Shown: one piece after another, positions 19,516 through 30,696 of the stretch
Position numbering within the stretch: the first letter of the stretch is position 1
How the letters are laid out: every line of letters begins with the position of its first letter
Source: a bacterium
Lineage (GTDB): Bacteria; UBA8248; JACPRG01; G963555815
NCBI GenBank assembly: GCA_965261595.1
Contig: CBDHDG010000004.1
Span: 384,001 to 448,000 of the forward strand
Length of the DNA stretch: 64,000 nt
Reading direction: 5' to 3'
Notes under the pieces: model-generated
What the model saw: only the letters and a program-made list of their open reading frames with translations
The model's database searches: none
Told to the model about the DNA's origin: nothing
Position numbers and translations under genes: made by a program

Positions 19516-20103
19516 CTAGGCTTTACGGTCTCCCTTCTTGAGGAAAATCCCGCCTCCTTTCCAAGGCGTCCCCAAGGCGGGTAGAAGCCACCGGTCCAGG
19601 CCAATGTAGCCCGCGGTTTTCCACGCCAGGATGAGGAGCACAGACAGAGCGAAGAGCGCCGGGTTGAGCGACGCGGTTCCGGCCATCAGGAACGAGAAGT
19701 TCATGAGCATCCCGAACAACGCCGCGATGGCCGTCAGGGCGCCGAGGATCAGGGCGATCCCGATCAGCAGCTCGCCGTAGGCGATGACCTTGCCGAAAAG
19801 CCCCCACCACTCGTTGTCCAGCAGGTACTGGAGAAAATCCCGGTACCACCCGAACGCCATCTCGGGATGAGCCCCCTGGGTTTTGGCCTTGAGGACAAAC
19901 GTCCAATACCCCTTGACGGCGACGCCGGTCTTCACCCAGGCGGGATTCCCTCGCTTGCCGAGGGCGGCGTGAATCCACTCGTACCACACGTACAGGCGGA
20001 CGATCATCCAGATCCACGCCGCGTGCGAATCGTTGAACAGGAATTTCGCGAACGGCGGGTCCTCGAAATTCCACCTTCCTCTTGCCACGGATTCGGCAGC
20101 CAT
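19516..20103 (-). CDS. DoxX/DoxD-family membrane protein
   Basis: IVRLYVWYEWIHAA, WYRDFL, GELLIGIALILG, NFSFLMAGTASLNP, AGYIGLD. Confidence 0.8.
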   Translation of the reverse strand: MAAESVARGRWNFEDPPFAKFLFNDSHAAWIWMIVRLYVWYEWIHAALGKRGNPAWVKTGVAVKGYWTFVLKAKTQGAHPEMAFGWYRDFLQYLLDNEWWGLFGKVIAYGELLIGIALILGALTAIAALFGMLMNFSFLMAGTASLNPALFALSVLLILAWKTAGYIGLDRWLLPALGTPWKGGGIFLKKGDRKA

Positions 20104-20145
20104 CGTTTGGTCCTCCTTATGTTATGGCGCCGGCCTCGGGCCCGC

Positions 20146-20576
20146 TCAGTTTTGACTGGCCCGAACGACCAGGACCGGGATGGGGCTGTTCCGGACGACC
20201 TTCTCCGCCACGCTGCCCAGCAGCCAGCGTCCGACGCCGGAGCGGCCGTGGGTGGTCATGGCGATGAGGTCGAACTTCCGATGCTCGGTGTGATCGAGGA
20301 TCTCCTCCGCCGGATGTCCGTAACGGACGTGGGATTCGACCTTCAATCCCTTCTCGCGCAGACTGGCTTCCAGTTTTCTCAGGTATTCCTCGCCTCCTTG
20401 ACGACTTCGACCTGGCCCTCGACCGGATCCATGCCGGGAAGGGTGTGGGCCATCGCCACCCGAAGGAGGTGGACTTCACTTCCGCCGCCGTTGTTGATGT
20501 TCCGAACGTGAGGGATGATCTGCTCGGCCAGCTCCGATCCGTCCAGCGTGACCAGAATCTTCTTGTACATTTTCAT
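20146..20576 (-). pseudogene. Universal stress protein, frameshift near 20388
   Basis: MYKKILVTLDGS in one frame; GHPAEEI...MTTHGRSG...GSVAEKV in another. Confidence 0.8.
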
Positions 20577-20623
20577 GTCCTCCTTGCCAAAAACCGTCAC
20601 CGATGAGCGCCGCCGCGAACCGC

Positions 20624-21085
20624 TCACGGGCTCTCGAACGCGAACGCCTCCTTCCTCACCGTCCAAACGGGTTTGCGCGCGATCCGGACGACGGTTTCCG
20701 CCACGCTGCCCATGAATGCGTGCGCCACGCCGGTCCTCCCATGCGTGGCCATGACAATGATGTCCGCCCGCTCTTCGTCGGCCGTCCGGGCGATCTGAAC
20801 CGAAGCGACGCCGGCCGCCACGCGCCTGCGGATCCGGATGTCGCGGATCAGGGCCGCGGGGACGTTGTCCCGGACGAATTCCTCCAACTGCCGGTCCACG
20901 TCCCCCCCCACCCGCTCCCATGGGTTGCCGGGAAAGAAGACCATGGCCTCGGCCTGGTTCGTCGCAACCACGTTCAGAACGATCAGCTCGGCGCCGAAGT
21001 GATCGGCGAGCTCGGCGGCCTGAAGGAGCCCCGTTGCGCTGTACAGCGAAAAATCGACGGGCGCGAGTATCCGTTCGATCTTCAT
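20624..21085 (-). CDS. Universal stress protein
   Basis: ILAPVDFS, IVMATHGRTG, GSVAETV. Confidence 0.9.
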   Translation of the reverse strand: MKIERILAPVDFSLYSATGLLQAAELADHFGAELIVLNVVATNQAEAMVFFPGNPWERVGGDVDRQLEEFVRDNVPAALIRDIRIRRRVAAGVASVQIARTADEERADIIVMATHGRTGVAHAFMGSVAETVVRIARKPVWTVRKEAFAFESP

Positions 21086-21594
21086 GCGTCCTCTCCTTCG
21101 CGGTCCGATTCAACCTCCAAGCGTCCGAGACCTCCCTGGGGATCGAGCCCTTCGGGATGGAGGGTGAGCACCGGGCAGTCCGCCATCCGCACCACCTTCT
21201 CGGCCACGCTGCCGACGAGCATGTGATTGAACCCGGTGCGGCCGTGGGTGGATATGACGATCAGGTCGCAACCCTCCTCTCTCGCCTTTTGGATGATCTC
21301 CACGAAGGGGACGCCGCTCGCCGCGGCCGTCTCGGCCTTCGAAGCGCTTGGTCCCGGGCCCGCGGCCTTCTCGTAGCGCTCGGCGGCCGCAAGCTCCGCC
21401 TCCTTGAAAATCTCGTCCACGTAGCTGGAAGGGGGCGGCAGGGTCAGTTTCCGCTCCATCTCCTGAAGCGTCAGGACGTGAAACACCAGGACCTCCGATC
21501 CGAACGCCTTGGCCAGAGAATCCGCGCAGCGGAGACCCGCGTCCGAGTGGGCGGAAAAATCGGTCGGGGCCAGGATCTTCTTGAACCGTTTCAT
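21082..21594 (-). CDS. Universal stress protein
   Basis: ILAPTDFS, LIVISTHGRTG, GSVAEKVVR. Confidence 0.9.
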   Translation of the reverse strand: MKRFKKILAPTDFSAHSDAGLRCADSLAKAFGSEVLVFHVLTLQEMERKLTLPPPSSYVDEIFKEAELAAAERYEKAAGPGPSASKAETAAASGVPFVEIIQKAREEGCDLIVISTHGRTGFNHMLVGSVAEKVVRMADCPVLTLHPEGLDPQGGLGRLEVESDREGEDA

Positions 21595-21611
21595 CGTTCG
21601 GACCTCCCCTT

Positions 21612-22346
21612 TCATTCCGGGACGCTTTCCTCATCATCCCCCGCCAACCCCAAGGACTCCCGCTCGGTGAGGGCGCTCAGGGCCTCCCGATCGGACACGG
21701 CGATGAGCCGGCGTCCCAATTGAAGGTGCCCTTCCCGCTGAAGCTGTCCGAGCGTCCGGATGGCCGTCTCCGGCGTCGTCCCCAGCATCTCGGCGATCTC
21801 GGCCCGGGCCAGCGGAATGCCCAGCTCCCAATGGCCGTTGACCGGCCGGCCGTAGCGCTCGAAGAGTCTCGACAGCAGGTGGAGCGCACGGAGGCGGACC
21901 GGCTGATAAGCGAGGTGCGCGTTCCGCGCCCTGGCTTCCCCGAGGGAGGCGTTGAGGCTCTCCACCATCTTCACCAGGAGATCGGGCTCCCGGCGCGCCA
22001 GCTCGGCCATCTTCCGCCGGCTCACGTGATTCACAACGGCCGGCGTCACCGCCTCGGCGGACACGGAGTGAACGGCGCCTTCGGAAAATGAGAAGTCGCC
22101 GAACCAGCCGCACGGACCGAGGATGTCTACAATGCTCTGCTTGCCTTCGGGGGATTCGCGGATCAGCTTCACGGCCCCGCCGCAAAGGAAGTGAAAATCA
22201 TCGACCGGCTCGTCCTGAAAATAGACCAGCTCCCCGCTTTGATATTGACGGGTCTTGAAGGAACGGCTCAGCGGATCCAGGATTTCCCCGGGCAGCGATT
22301 CCAAAGGCCCATTCATTCGCTTCGGGCAGTTCGTGCAGTCGAACAT
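21612..22346 (-). CDS. Crp/Fnr-family transcriptional regulator
   Basis: cNMP-binding fold plus HTH (EIAEMLGTTPETAIR); N-terminal CTNC. Confidence 0.9.
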   Translation of the reverse strand: MFDCTNCPKRMNGPLESLPGEILDPLSRSFKTRQYQSGELVYFQDEPVDDFHFLCGGAVKLIRESPEGKQSIVDILGPCGWFGDFSFSEGAVHSVSAEAVTPAVVNHVSRRKMAELARREPDLLVKMVESLNASLGEARARNAHLAYQPVRLRALHLLSRLFERYGRPVNGHWELGIPLARAEIAEMLGTTPETAIRTLGQLQREGHLQLGRRLIAVSDREALSALTERESLGLAGDDEESVPE

Positions 22347-22580
22347 CCGTTCATCCCCCCTTCTCATTCGGGTTTCATCAACGTCACGCCCCTATAACAA
22401 GGCAACATGGGCGCCGCTTTTCGTATGGGATTGAATCGGTGACCGACGGAGGGATCATGATTTGTGGAAAATAAATAAGTAATTAAACATCAATTGGTTA
22501 TAAGGATAATCCCAGAAACTGCCGATTGCGCTTCCGAAAAATTCGGGGCGGTGATGTCTGGATGGCTGCGGGGATTGGTG

Positions 22581-22969
22581 TGGAGTTGACCCGGTTTGGT
22601 GGACACCTGATGATTTGGGGGTAAAGGAGGTGTTCACGATGCCACAGACTCACCCACGCTATCCAATGGAGTTCCGCTGCCAGATGGTAGAGTTGGTCCG
22701 GGCGGGACGCACGCCCGAGGCGCTGGCGCACGAGTTCGAGCCCTCGGCGCAGACGATCCGCACCTGGGCCCATCAAGCCGACGTTGACGAGGGGCGTCGC
22801 AAAGACGGGCTCACGAGCGATGAGCGGGAGGAGTTGCGCCGACTTCGCCGCGAGAACCGACAGCTCCGCCAGGAGCGGGAGATCTTAGCAAAAGCCGCGG
22901 CCTGGTTTGCTCGGGAGACCGATTCGATCCCGTCCGGATCTACGGGTTCGTGAGGGCGAACCAAGCCAT
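22581..22969 (+). mobile_element. IS3-family element A, truncated (left IR, orfA 22639-22953, start of orfB)
   Basis: TGGAGTTGACCCGGTTTGGTGGACA IR; orfA HTH; cut by element B. Confidence 0.85.
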
Positions 22970-24379
22970 TGGAGTTACCCCGTTTCAGTGGACAGTTTAG
23001 GGCTGTCGTCCCCAGCCCTGAGGTGGGCAACAGCCGGTGGACGTACAGTCTTCTCCCGATCCGATAGATAGGGTGCCCCCGGGGGGTATGTCTTGACCTT
23101 TGGCTCGCTGCTCCGGGAAGCACCGGGGACGGCTCGAGCCGGACGATGAGCGTTGCGCACTGCACGTGGCGTTTCCTTCGCCACGGCGCGTTCGAAGTCG
23201 TTGGGGCTGAGGTAACCCAGGGCCGAATGACGACGGCGTGGGTTGTACCAGCCTTCGATGAATTGGAAGATCGCCAGGCGCGCTTCGGCCTGGGTACGGA
23301 ACGAGCGCCGGTCGATGAGCTCGCACTCCAGCGTGGCGAAGAAGCTCTCGGCCATGGCGTTGTCGAAGCAATCCCCGGCCGACCCGGTCGAGGGAACCAC
23401 CCCCATCTCCCGGCACCGCTTCCCAAAGGCAAGCGAGGTGTACTGCGAGCCCTGGTCGGAGTGATGTACGACCCCTTGGGGCGGCGCTGTCCCAACGCCA
23501 TGTTCAGCGCCCCGAGCACCAGTTCGGTGCGAAGATGGTGGGTCATGGACCATCCCACCACCCGGCGGCTGAACACGTCGAGCACGATGGCCAGGTACAC
23601 GAACCCCGTCCAGGTCGGCACGTAGGTCACGTCGGCCACCCAAAGCCGATCCGGCGCATCGGCCTGGAACTGGCGTTCGACCCGGTCCGGGACCACACAA
23701 TGGCTCTGGTCCACGCGCGTAGTGCGCATGCCTCGGCGTCGGCTCACCCCGGCCAACCCTGCCTCGCGCATCAGACGAGCCACCCGTTTGCGGCTCACCC
23801 GGCAGCCGCCGGCCATCAGCTCGGCATGGACCCGAGGCGCCCCGTAGGTGCCACCAGATACCTCGTGGATGGCCCGGATCGTGCCACGCAACGCCTCCTC
23901 GCGCTTCGCACGATTCGAACGCCCACGGCTTCGCCACGCGTAGTATCCGCTGGGGGAGACACCCAGCCGACGGCACATCGTGGCCACCCGATGGCAGGCC
24001 TGATTCGCCTTCACGAGCTCGAAGACTTCGCCCGGACCGAGCCGGTCTCCCGAGCGAACCAGGCCGTAGCTTTTGCCAGTATCTCGCGTTCTTCGCGAAG
24101 CTGACGATTCTCCCGACGAAGCCGCCGTAGCTCCTCGAGCTCTGAGCTTGTCAGACCGTCCTCACGACGGCCCTCGTCGCGGTCGGCCTGGCGCACCCAG
24201 TTGCGAATCGCCGAAGCGGAACACTCGAACTCCCGGGCCAGCTCCCCGGGCGTACGGCCCGAGCGAACCAGCTCAACCATCTGGTGCCGGTACTCCGGCG
24301 CGTAGGGTGAATGTGTTTTCGCCATCTGAACACCTCCTCCGCACAGTCTGAAGGTGTCCACAAAAACGGGGCAACTCCA
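22970..24379 (-). mobile_element. IS3-family element B (orfA 24011-24325; orfB with extra frameshift near 23480)
   Basis: IRs TGGAGTTACCCCGTTT / AAACGGGGCAACTCCA; WVADVTY, HHSDQGSQY, AESFFATLE; no target duplication seen. Confidence 0.9.
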
Positions 24380-24543
24380 TTCCATTCATTTTATAGATCC
24401 CTTTCGTGAAGGTTCCAGTCCATCCCGGTCCCGAAACGACCGAATCAGCCCTGCTTCTTTACACCCGACGCAGGCGCAAGGGTTCCCCGTCAATCCCTAT
24501 GTAATGGCGAATACGTCTTCACGGCCTTAAGGCCGTTAATTGG

Positions 24544-24663
24544 TCACACCTTCCTGACCACCCATAACACCTTGCCGAGGATGTGTACGTCCTGGACAAG
24601 GCACGTGTACGGGGCGTAGTCCGGGTTGGCGGAGAGTAGCGTGATCCGGACCGGGTCGCGCCT
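24544..24663 (-). pseudogene. S24 peptidase (CI/LexA C-terminal) remnant
   Basis: ITLLSANPDYAPY...VHILGKVLWVVRKV. Confidence 0.6.
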
Positions 24664-24909
24664 GATCGCCTCTCTCTCGTTCCTGTTCCTCTCTGAACTC
24701 ATCCTTCCCCTTCCACCTGCCGTCTCCCCGGTTTTTGCCATATCCCCGCGCATTCCACCGCGACCGTGCGCAGGAATGTCAACAAACTGTAGGCCATACA
24801 CTATCGATACCTGTGGGCGAACTCGCACCTTCCCCTTAAGTTCCTTCCCATGACAACGCTCGACACCCACTCCGACCTGCCCCTGGACGAGCGCCCGCGC
24901 CGGTCCCTT

Positions 24910-25305
24910 CTACGGGGACGGGGTGCTGGGACCATGACCGCGAAGGGGATCGTGGTCGTGGAGATCCCGGTCCTCGACATCGCGTAGCCATGCGTAGCGG
25001 CCGGTCTTGGTCGACCAGTCGAACCGGTCGCCGCCGTCTTCCGGGAGCCCGTAGCGGCCGAAGGCCGACCAGTCGCGATAGCGGAACCCCCGCCACAGGG
25101 CGCACGCGAGGGCGGCAAGGGCGGTCCAGATCATTGCCCAGAACCAAATCCCCCCGAGCAAGCGGACATTGGTCCCGGTGGCCACGGAAAAGACGGTGAC
25201 GGCGAGGGCGAGGGCGCCGAGGACGAAGGCGCGGGCGCGGCAGCTGGGCCTGACGGGGACATGGGGCACATGGGGGATGCTACTGGATGGATTGGGATCG
25301 GTCAT
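24910..25305 (-). CDS. Hypothetical membrane protein
   Basis: Two hydrophobic segments; GGAGG RBS; divergent from the coupling-protein gene. Confidence 0.5.
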   Translation of the reverse strand: MTDPNPSSSIPHVPHVPVRPSCRARAFVLGALALAVTVFSVATGTNVRLLGGIWFWAMIWTALAALACALWRGFRYRDWSAFGRYGLPEDGGDRFDWSTKTGRYAWLRDVEDRDLHDHDPLRGHGPSTPSP

Positions 25306-25471
25306 GGATGGTTCCTCCGGGGTTGGGGTTCAAGGCGTCTCGGGCGCCAGCCTCTCCGGTCCCGGCGTCCCGCGCCCAGGCTCCGGCCCGCCTCGACCTC
25401 CCGCCCGGCGCATTGCAACGGAATGGCGCCAAGACCGCCGCTATCCACACCACCTTGAACGGGAGGACCCG

Positions 25472-27590
25472 ATGATGTTCGGCAACGCAACGCTCAGGGG
25501 CGGCCAGACCCTGGCCCACGACGTCCACATGTGGGGCCAGCTGGTCCGCTGGGGGCTTTTGGGCATCGCCCTGACGGTCGTCCTGGTCCCCGCCGTGGCC
25601 CTGTTCCGCACCACGACCGCCCATGAATGGCGCCTCGTCGGAACGGGCACCCTCGCCCAGGTCAAGCTCGCGCTCGGGTATCCACGTCATTCCCTCCAGG
25701 CGTACGAGTGGCGAGAGGGCCAAAAAACGGCCCTGAGAATCGTGGATATCGCCCAGGACCCCAGGATCGAAAGGATCCGGAAACGCATGCTCCATACCGT
25801 CTACGCCAGGGCGTGGCTCGGCCTCTGGATCGGAGTGGGGGGCGCGGTCCTCTGTACGGTCCTGTTCTCGGTCCTGGGAAGGCGCCTGGACCGTGCCCAA
25901 CGGGGTCCGCGGCGCGGAAATGACGACGGCCCGGGAGCTGAGAAGGCGCGTGCAGCCCGTGTCCGCGCGCCTGGCCGAGGCCCTGTTCCCCGCCGCGCGC
26001 CGAGCCTCCTGCCGCATCGCCGGGATCCCCTGGCCCAGGCGCGCCGAGACCCAGCACACCATCGTCTCCGGCACCACCGGCTCGGGCAAGACCGTCCTGA
26101 TCTCCGACCTCGTTGCCCGGCTCCGCGCCCGGGGCGAGCGCTGCATCCTCTACGACAAGATGGGGAGCTATACCCGCTCCTTCTTCGATCCCTCTTGTGA
26201 TGTGCTGATGAACCCCCTGGACGCCCGGGCGCCCCGCTGGTCCCCCTTCTTCGAGGCGAGGACGCCCCGGGACTTCGACATGATGGCCGCCGCCCTCATC
26301 CCCCAGCAGAAGGACACGGTGGACCCCTTCTGGGTCACGGCCGCGAGGCAACTGTTTTCCAACGGTGCGGGCGTGCTCTGGAAGAAGGGCGTGACCGAGA
26401 ACCGGGTGCTCGTCGACCACCTGCTCAAGACCGACCTGACGGCCCTGGCCCGGGCCATGGAGGGCACGGTGGCCCAGTCCATCGTGGACCCCGAAAACCC
26501 CAAGACCGCGCTCTCCGTCCGGGCCATGCTGACCGCGCACCTGGGAGCGCTCGAGTTCCTGCCCGATACGGGAGAGCCCTTCTCGATCCGGGACTGGGTG
26601 GGAAGGGAGGACGGGACCGGGTTCCTGTTCCTGACCTCCCGGGGCGACCAGCACGCGAGCCTGAGAGGGCTCATCTCCACCTGGCTCGAGATCGCGGTGA
26701 ACGCGCTCCTTTCCCTCCATCAGGACGACGCGCGCCGGGTCTGGGTAGTCCTGGACGAGCTGCCCACCCTCCACCAGGTGCCGAGCCTCCAGCCGGGGCT
26801 GGCCGAGTCCCGCCAGTTCGGCGGGTGCTTCGTGCTCGGGATCCAGGTGATCTCGGCCCTGCGCGACCTCTACGGAAAAAACGGGGCGGAGACGATATCC
26901 GGGCTTTGCGGCACCCGGGTGGTGCTGGCCGCGCCCGACCAGGAGACGGCCCGGTGGTCGGCCGAGAGCCTGGGGCGGGGCGAGGTCGAGGAATACGCCC
27001 ACGGCATGAGCTACGGGGCCAGCGTGCTGCGCGACGGGGTCTCGCTCACCCAGCGCCGGGAGATGCGCTCCCTGGCCCTGCCGTCGGAGATCATGCGGCT
27101 TGAGAACCTCCAGGGGTATCTGAAGTTCCCCGGGCCCTGGCCCGTGGCCCGGATCAAGCTCGACTACGTCACGAGGCCCAAGGCGGCCGAGCGCTTCGTG
27201 CCCAGGGAGGAGGAGGCGGCGCAGGTAACGGACGCCGTGGAGTCCGGGCCGCCGGAGGATGACGGAGGCATTGCGGCCTCGCCGTCGGAACCTGCAATCG
27301 AATCCCGGCAAGAGGAACTCGCACTCAAGCACCCCCAGGGTTCCAGATCGGGGACGCGGGAACGGGTCGAGGCGAGGGAATCCGGGCAGGCCTCAGCGAC
27401 ACCCCGTGGAGAATCCACGAGGCAGCCTCACAAGAAATCCGAAAAGGACGAAACGGGTGCGGCCGATGATCATGGGACCGACACCGAAGGCGTCCCGGCC
27501 CTTTCGCTTCCGGGCAAGAGCGGGAACAGCACGCCCGGGTGCGGGGAGCCACGACCAAAGCCGCCTCAGGGCCGTTTGAGGCGCCTCTGA
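25472..27590 (+). pseudogene. traD: Type IV coupling protein (TraD/TrwB), +1 frameshift in a G run near 25902
   Basis: N-terminal RGGQ plus two TM segments in one frame; GTTGSGKT, DARAPRWSPF, DPFW, VVLDELP in the next. Confidence 0.88.
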
Positions 27591-27591
27591 C

Positions 27592-30507
27592 ATGGTCGCC
27601 TCGATCGGCGTTGTCTCGGCCCCGTCCCAGGGCGCGGGCTACTACGAGCGGGACGGCTACTACGCGAAGGACGACCCGGCCCACAGGGAAGCGAGCGCCT
27701 GGGCCGGCAAGGGCGCGGAGGATCACGGCCTCTCCGGCCCGGTCGATCCGGACCTCTTCCGGGCGGTGCTGGAGGGCAAGGCGCCCGACGGCTCCGGACA
27801 ACAGCTCGGACGCAGGGGGCCCGATGGGGCCCTGGAGCACCGGCCCGGGCGGGATCTCACCTTCTCCGCCCCCAAGTCCGTCTCCCTCGCCGCGCTCGTC
27901 GGCGGCGACAAGCGCATCGTCGAGGCCCATGACCGGGCCGTGAAGCGCGCCCTCGACTGGGTCGAGAGGAACGTCGCCGAGACCCGCATGAAGGACCCGG
28001 AGACCGGACGTATGGTAAAGAAGGGCGATCAGAAGATGATCGCCGCCACCTTTCGCCACGACGCCTCGCGCAATCTCGATCCCCTGCTTCATACCCATTC
28101 GGTGATCGCCAACATGGTGCAGGGCGCGGACGGCAAGTGGCGGACCATGTCCAACGAGAAGCTCTATGCCTCGAAGATGCTGATCGGCGCCATGTACCGA
28201 AGCGAACTGGCGCGCAATCTGGGCAGGCTCGGCTACGGGATCGAGAAGACCCATGCTGACGGGCGATTCGAGATCGCGGGCGTTCCCCGCGAGGTGATCG
28301 AGACGTTCTCGACACGGCGGGCGGAGATCGAGGCGGCCATGGCCGAACGGGGCGTGGACACACCGGCAAAGAACCAGCGCCTCGCCCAGCGGGCGGCGCT
28401 CATGACCCGGGCCCGCAAGCGGGACGTGGACAAGGCCGAGTTGCGGGGGATCTGGGAGAAGCAGGCCGCCCATCTCGGGTTCGACGCAAAGGCCCTTGCG
28501 GCCGAAGCGATCTCGAAGGGCGCCGTATCGCGGGACGCCGGCCGGGAAGGCGCCGGTGCGGCTCGCGAGACGTCTCGGGACCGGCGGCTGGCCGGGGAAG
28601 CCGTGGAATGGGCCGTGGCGCATCTCGCCGAGCGCGAGGCGGTGTTCTCACGCGCCGATCTGCTCGCCGGCGCGCTCGCCTGGGACCCCGGCGCGGTGGC
28701 CATGCCGGAGGCGGAACGGGAAGTGGGCAGGCTGGAGAAGGCCGGAACGCTGCACGCGGCGAGCCTGCCAGGGGCAAAGGACATGCTCACCACGAGCAGG
28801 GCCGTGGCCGACGAGCGGGAAACGATCGCCCTGGTGGAGGCCGGCCAGGGACGGGAAGCGGTCCCGATGCGCGCCCGGGCCGTGGACAAGGCCCTCAGAA
28901 AGGGTCCGCTGACACAAGGCCAGCGGGACGCCGTCAAACTCATCCTGTCGGACAGGGACCGCGTTATCGGCGTGCAGGGCTATGCCGGGACCGGCAAGAC
29001 CACCATGCTGAGCCGCGCCCGCGCGCTCCTCAAGAAGCGGGGCTACGAGGTCAAGGGCCTCGCGCCCTCGGCCTCGGCCGCGCGGACCCTGGAAACGGAG
29101 GCCGGGATCAAGAGCGAGACCCTGCAACGCTTCCTTGCCAGCAACGCCGGGGTGGGCGAGGGACGGCTGACGAAGAAGGGCGAGAGGGAGATGCGAGCCG
29201 CTTATCGGAAGACCGTGCTGGTGGTGGACGAGGGATCCCTCGCCTCCACGGTCCAAGCCCGCAACCTCCTGAGGATCGCCAACACCTTGCGCCTTCCCCG
29301 GGTCGTGCTGGTGGGCGATGCGAAGCAGCTCGACGCGGTGGATGCAGGCAAGCCGTTCGCGCAATTGCAGCAAGCCGGCATGAAGACGGCGACCATGGAG
29401 GAGATCATGCGCCAGCGCGACCCCGACCTGAAAGCCGCGGTCGAGGCGAGCCTCGCGGGCAACGTTAGGAAAGCCTTCGAGAAGCTCGGCTCCAACGTGG
29501 CGGAGGTGAAGCCCGACAATCTCGCCGGCGCGGCCGCCGCACGGTGGCTCAGGATCTCGCCGGAAGCGCGCGCCAGGGCCGGACTGATGGCGCCGAGCCA
29601 TACGCTTCGGGAGGAGATCAACGCCATCGTCCGCGATCGCCTGGTCCGCGACGGCATGGTCCATGGCCCGGCCATGAAGTCCGGGCGACTGGTCTCCCAC
29701 GGCTTCACTCATGCCGAGAAGTCGCTCGCGGCCAACTACGGCCCGGGCGACGTGGTGGCGTTCCACCGCCCCTACAAGCGTCTCGGCGTCGAGAAGGGCG
29801 ACGAGTTGCGCGTGGCCGGGGTCGATCACGAGGCACGCGCGGTTAGGCTTGAAGGCAAGGACGGGCAATCCGTCCTCTGGGAGCCCGGCCGTCTCGCGGC
29901 GCGGAGCGGCGGGGTCGAGGTCTACAAGGTCGAGCAGTTGGAGTTGCGCCAGGGCGACCGCATCCGCTGGACCCGCAACGACGCGGGGCTCGGTCTGGTC
30001 AACAGCCAGACCGCCGAGGTCGCGAGCGTGAAGGACGGCCGCGTGACCTTCCGTCTGGAGGACGGGCGCATGCTCGACATGAAGGCGGGCGATCCGCAAC
30101 TGCGCCATATCGATCGCGCCTGGGCCTCGACCGTGCATGCGTTCCAGGGCCGGACGGTGGACACGGTCATCGCCGCGATGGAGGCGAACCACCCCAATCT
30201 CACCAATCAGAAGACGCTTTACGTGGAGATCAGCCGGGCCCGGGACCGGGCGGAACTGGTGACCGACGATGCCAAAGCGTTGCGGGAAAGGCTGGAGGCC
30301 GCGACGGGTGAGCGCATCGCGGCGCTCGAAGCGGTCGCGCCGGAGAAAGCGAAGACGCCGGAAGCCCGACTGGAGGTGACCCACAGTCTCGACAGGGAGG
30401 GTGCCGCGCGGGAGTCCAAGGGGCCGAACACGCCGGAGCGGGTGTCCGGACCGGAGGCGGAAAAGGCCCGCGCACCGAAGAGCGTCGATCGCGATCTCGG
30501 GCTGTAA
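27592..30507 (+). CDS. MOBF relaxase-helicase (TrwC/TraI-like)
   Basis: GYYERDGYY tyrosines, DLTFSAPKSVS, HDASRNLDPLLHTH, GYAGTGKT, VVDE, TVHAFQGRT. Confidence 0.95.
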   Translation: MVASIGVVSAPSQGAGYYERDGYYAKDDPAHREASAWAGKGAEDHGLSGPVDPDLFRAVLEGKAPDGSGQQLGRRGPDGALEHRPGRDLTFSAPKSVSLAALVGGDKRIVEAHDRAVKRALDWVERNVAETRMKDPETGRMVKKGDQKMIAATFRHDASRNLDPLLHTHSVIANMVQGADGKWRTMSNEKLYASKMLIGAMYRSELARNLGRLGYGIEKTHADGRFEIAGVPREVIETFSTRRAEIEAAMAERGVDTPAKNQRLAQRAALMTRARKRDVDKAELRGIWEKQAAHLGFDAKALAAEAISKGAVSRDAGREGAGAARETSRDRRLAGEAVEWAVAHLAEREAVFSRADLLAGALAWDPGAVAMPEAEREVGRLEKAGTLHAASLPGAKDMLTTSRAVADERETIALVEAGQGREAVPMRARAVDKALRKGPLTQGQRDAVKLILSDRDRVIGVQGYAGTGKTTMLSRARALLKKRGYEVKGLAPSASAARTLETEAGIKSETLQRFLASNAGVGEGRLTKKGEREMRAAYRKTVLVVDEGSLASTVQARNLLRIANTLRLPRVVLVGDAKQLDAVDAGKPFAQLQQAGMKTATMEEIMRQRDPDLKAAVEASLAGNVRKAFEKLGSNVAEVKPDNLAGAAAARWLRISPEARARAGLMAPSHTLREEINAIVRDRLVRDGMVHGPAMKSGRLVSHGFTHAEKSLAANYGPGDVVAFHRPYKRLGVEKGDELRVAGVDHEARAVRLEGKDGQSVLWEPGRLAARSGGVEVYKVEQLELRQGDRIRWTRNDAGLGLVNSQTAEVASVKDGRVTFRLEDGRMLDMKAGDPQLRHIDRAWASTVHAFQGRTVDTVIAAMEANHPNLTNQKTLYVEISRARDRAELVTDDAKALRERLEAATGERIAALEAVAPEKAKTPEARLEVTHSLDREGAARESKGPNTPERVSGPEAEKARAPKSVDRDLGL

Positions 30508-30590
30508 TGCATGACCGCCGGATCGGGCGGCGGCGACTTCCCGGTCCCGCGGATGAACGTCGGACGCCGCCTGCCGGGAAAAGCCGACTC

Positions 30591-30619
30591 TTGACCTTCA
30601 TCGCCACCGGAGCTAGATT
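30591..30619 (+). promoter_or_regulatory. Sigma70-type promoter upstream of the NYN gene
   Basis: TTGACC, 17-nt spacer, TAGATT. Confidence 0.65.
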
Positions 30620-30625
30620 GTCAGG

Positions 30626-30685
30626 AATACCCCCTGCGGTTTCGAGCGCAGGGCGCGGGGCCTCTTCGGAGGCCCTTGCTTTTTT
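30626..30685 (+). ncRNA. Putative ~60-nt structured leader/small RNA ending in a terminator
   Basis: Hairpin ccctgcg/cgcaggg (30632-30653), then cUUCGg hairpin gggcctc/gaggccc (30658-30675) and T6. Confidence 0.45.
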
Positions 30686-30696
30686 GGCGGGAATCG

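Noticed and set aside
24780..24850. Alternative oriT (AAGGTGCG on the minus strand, R388-like)
   Set aside because: No flanking inverted repeat and no match to the nic core
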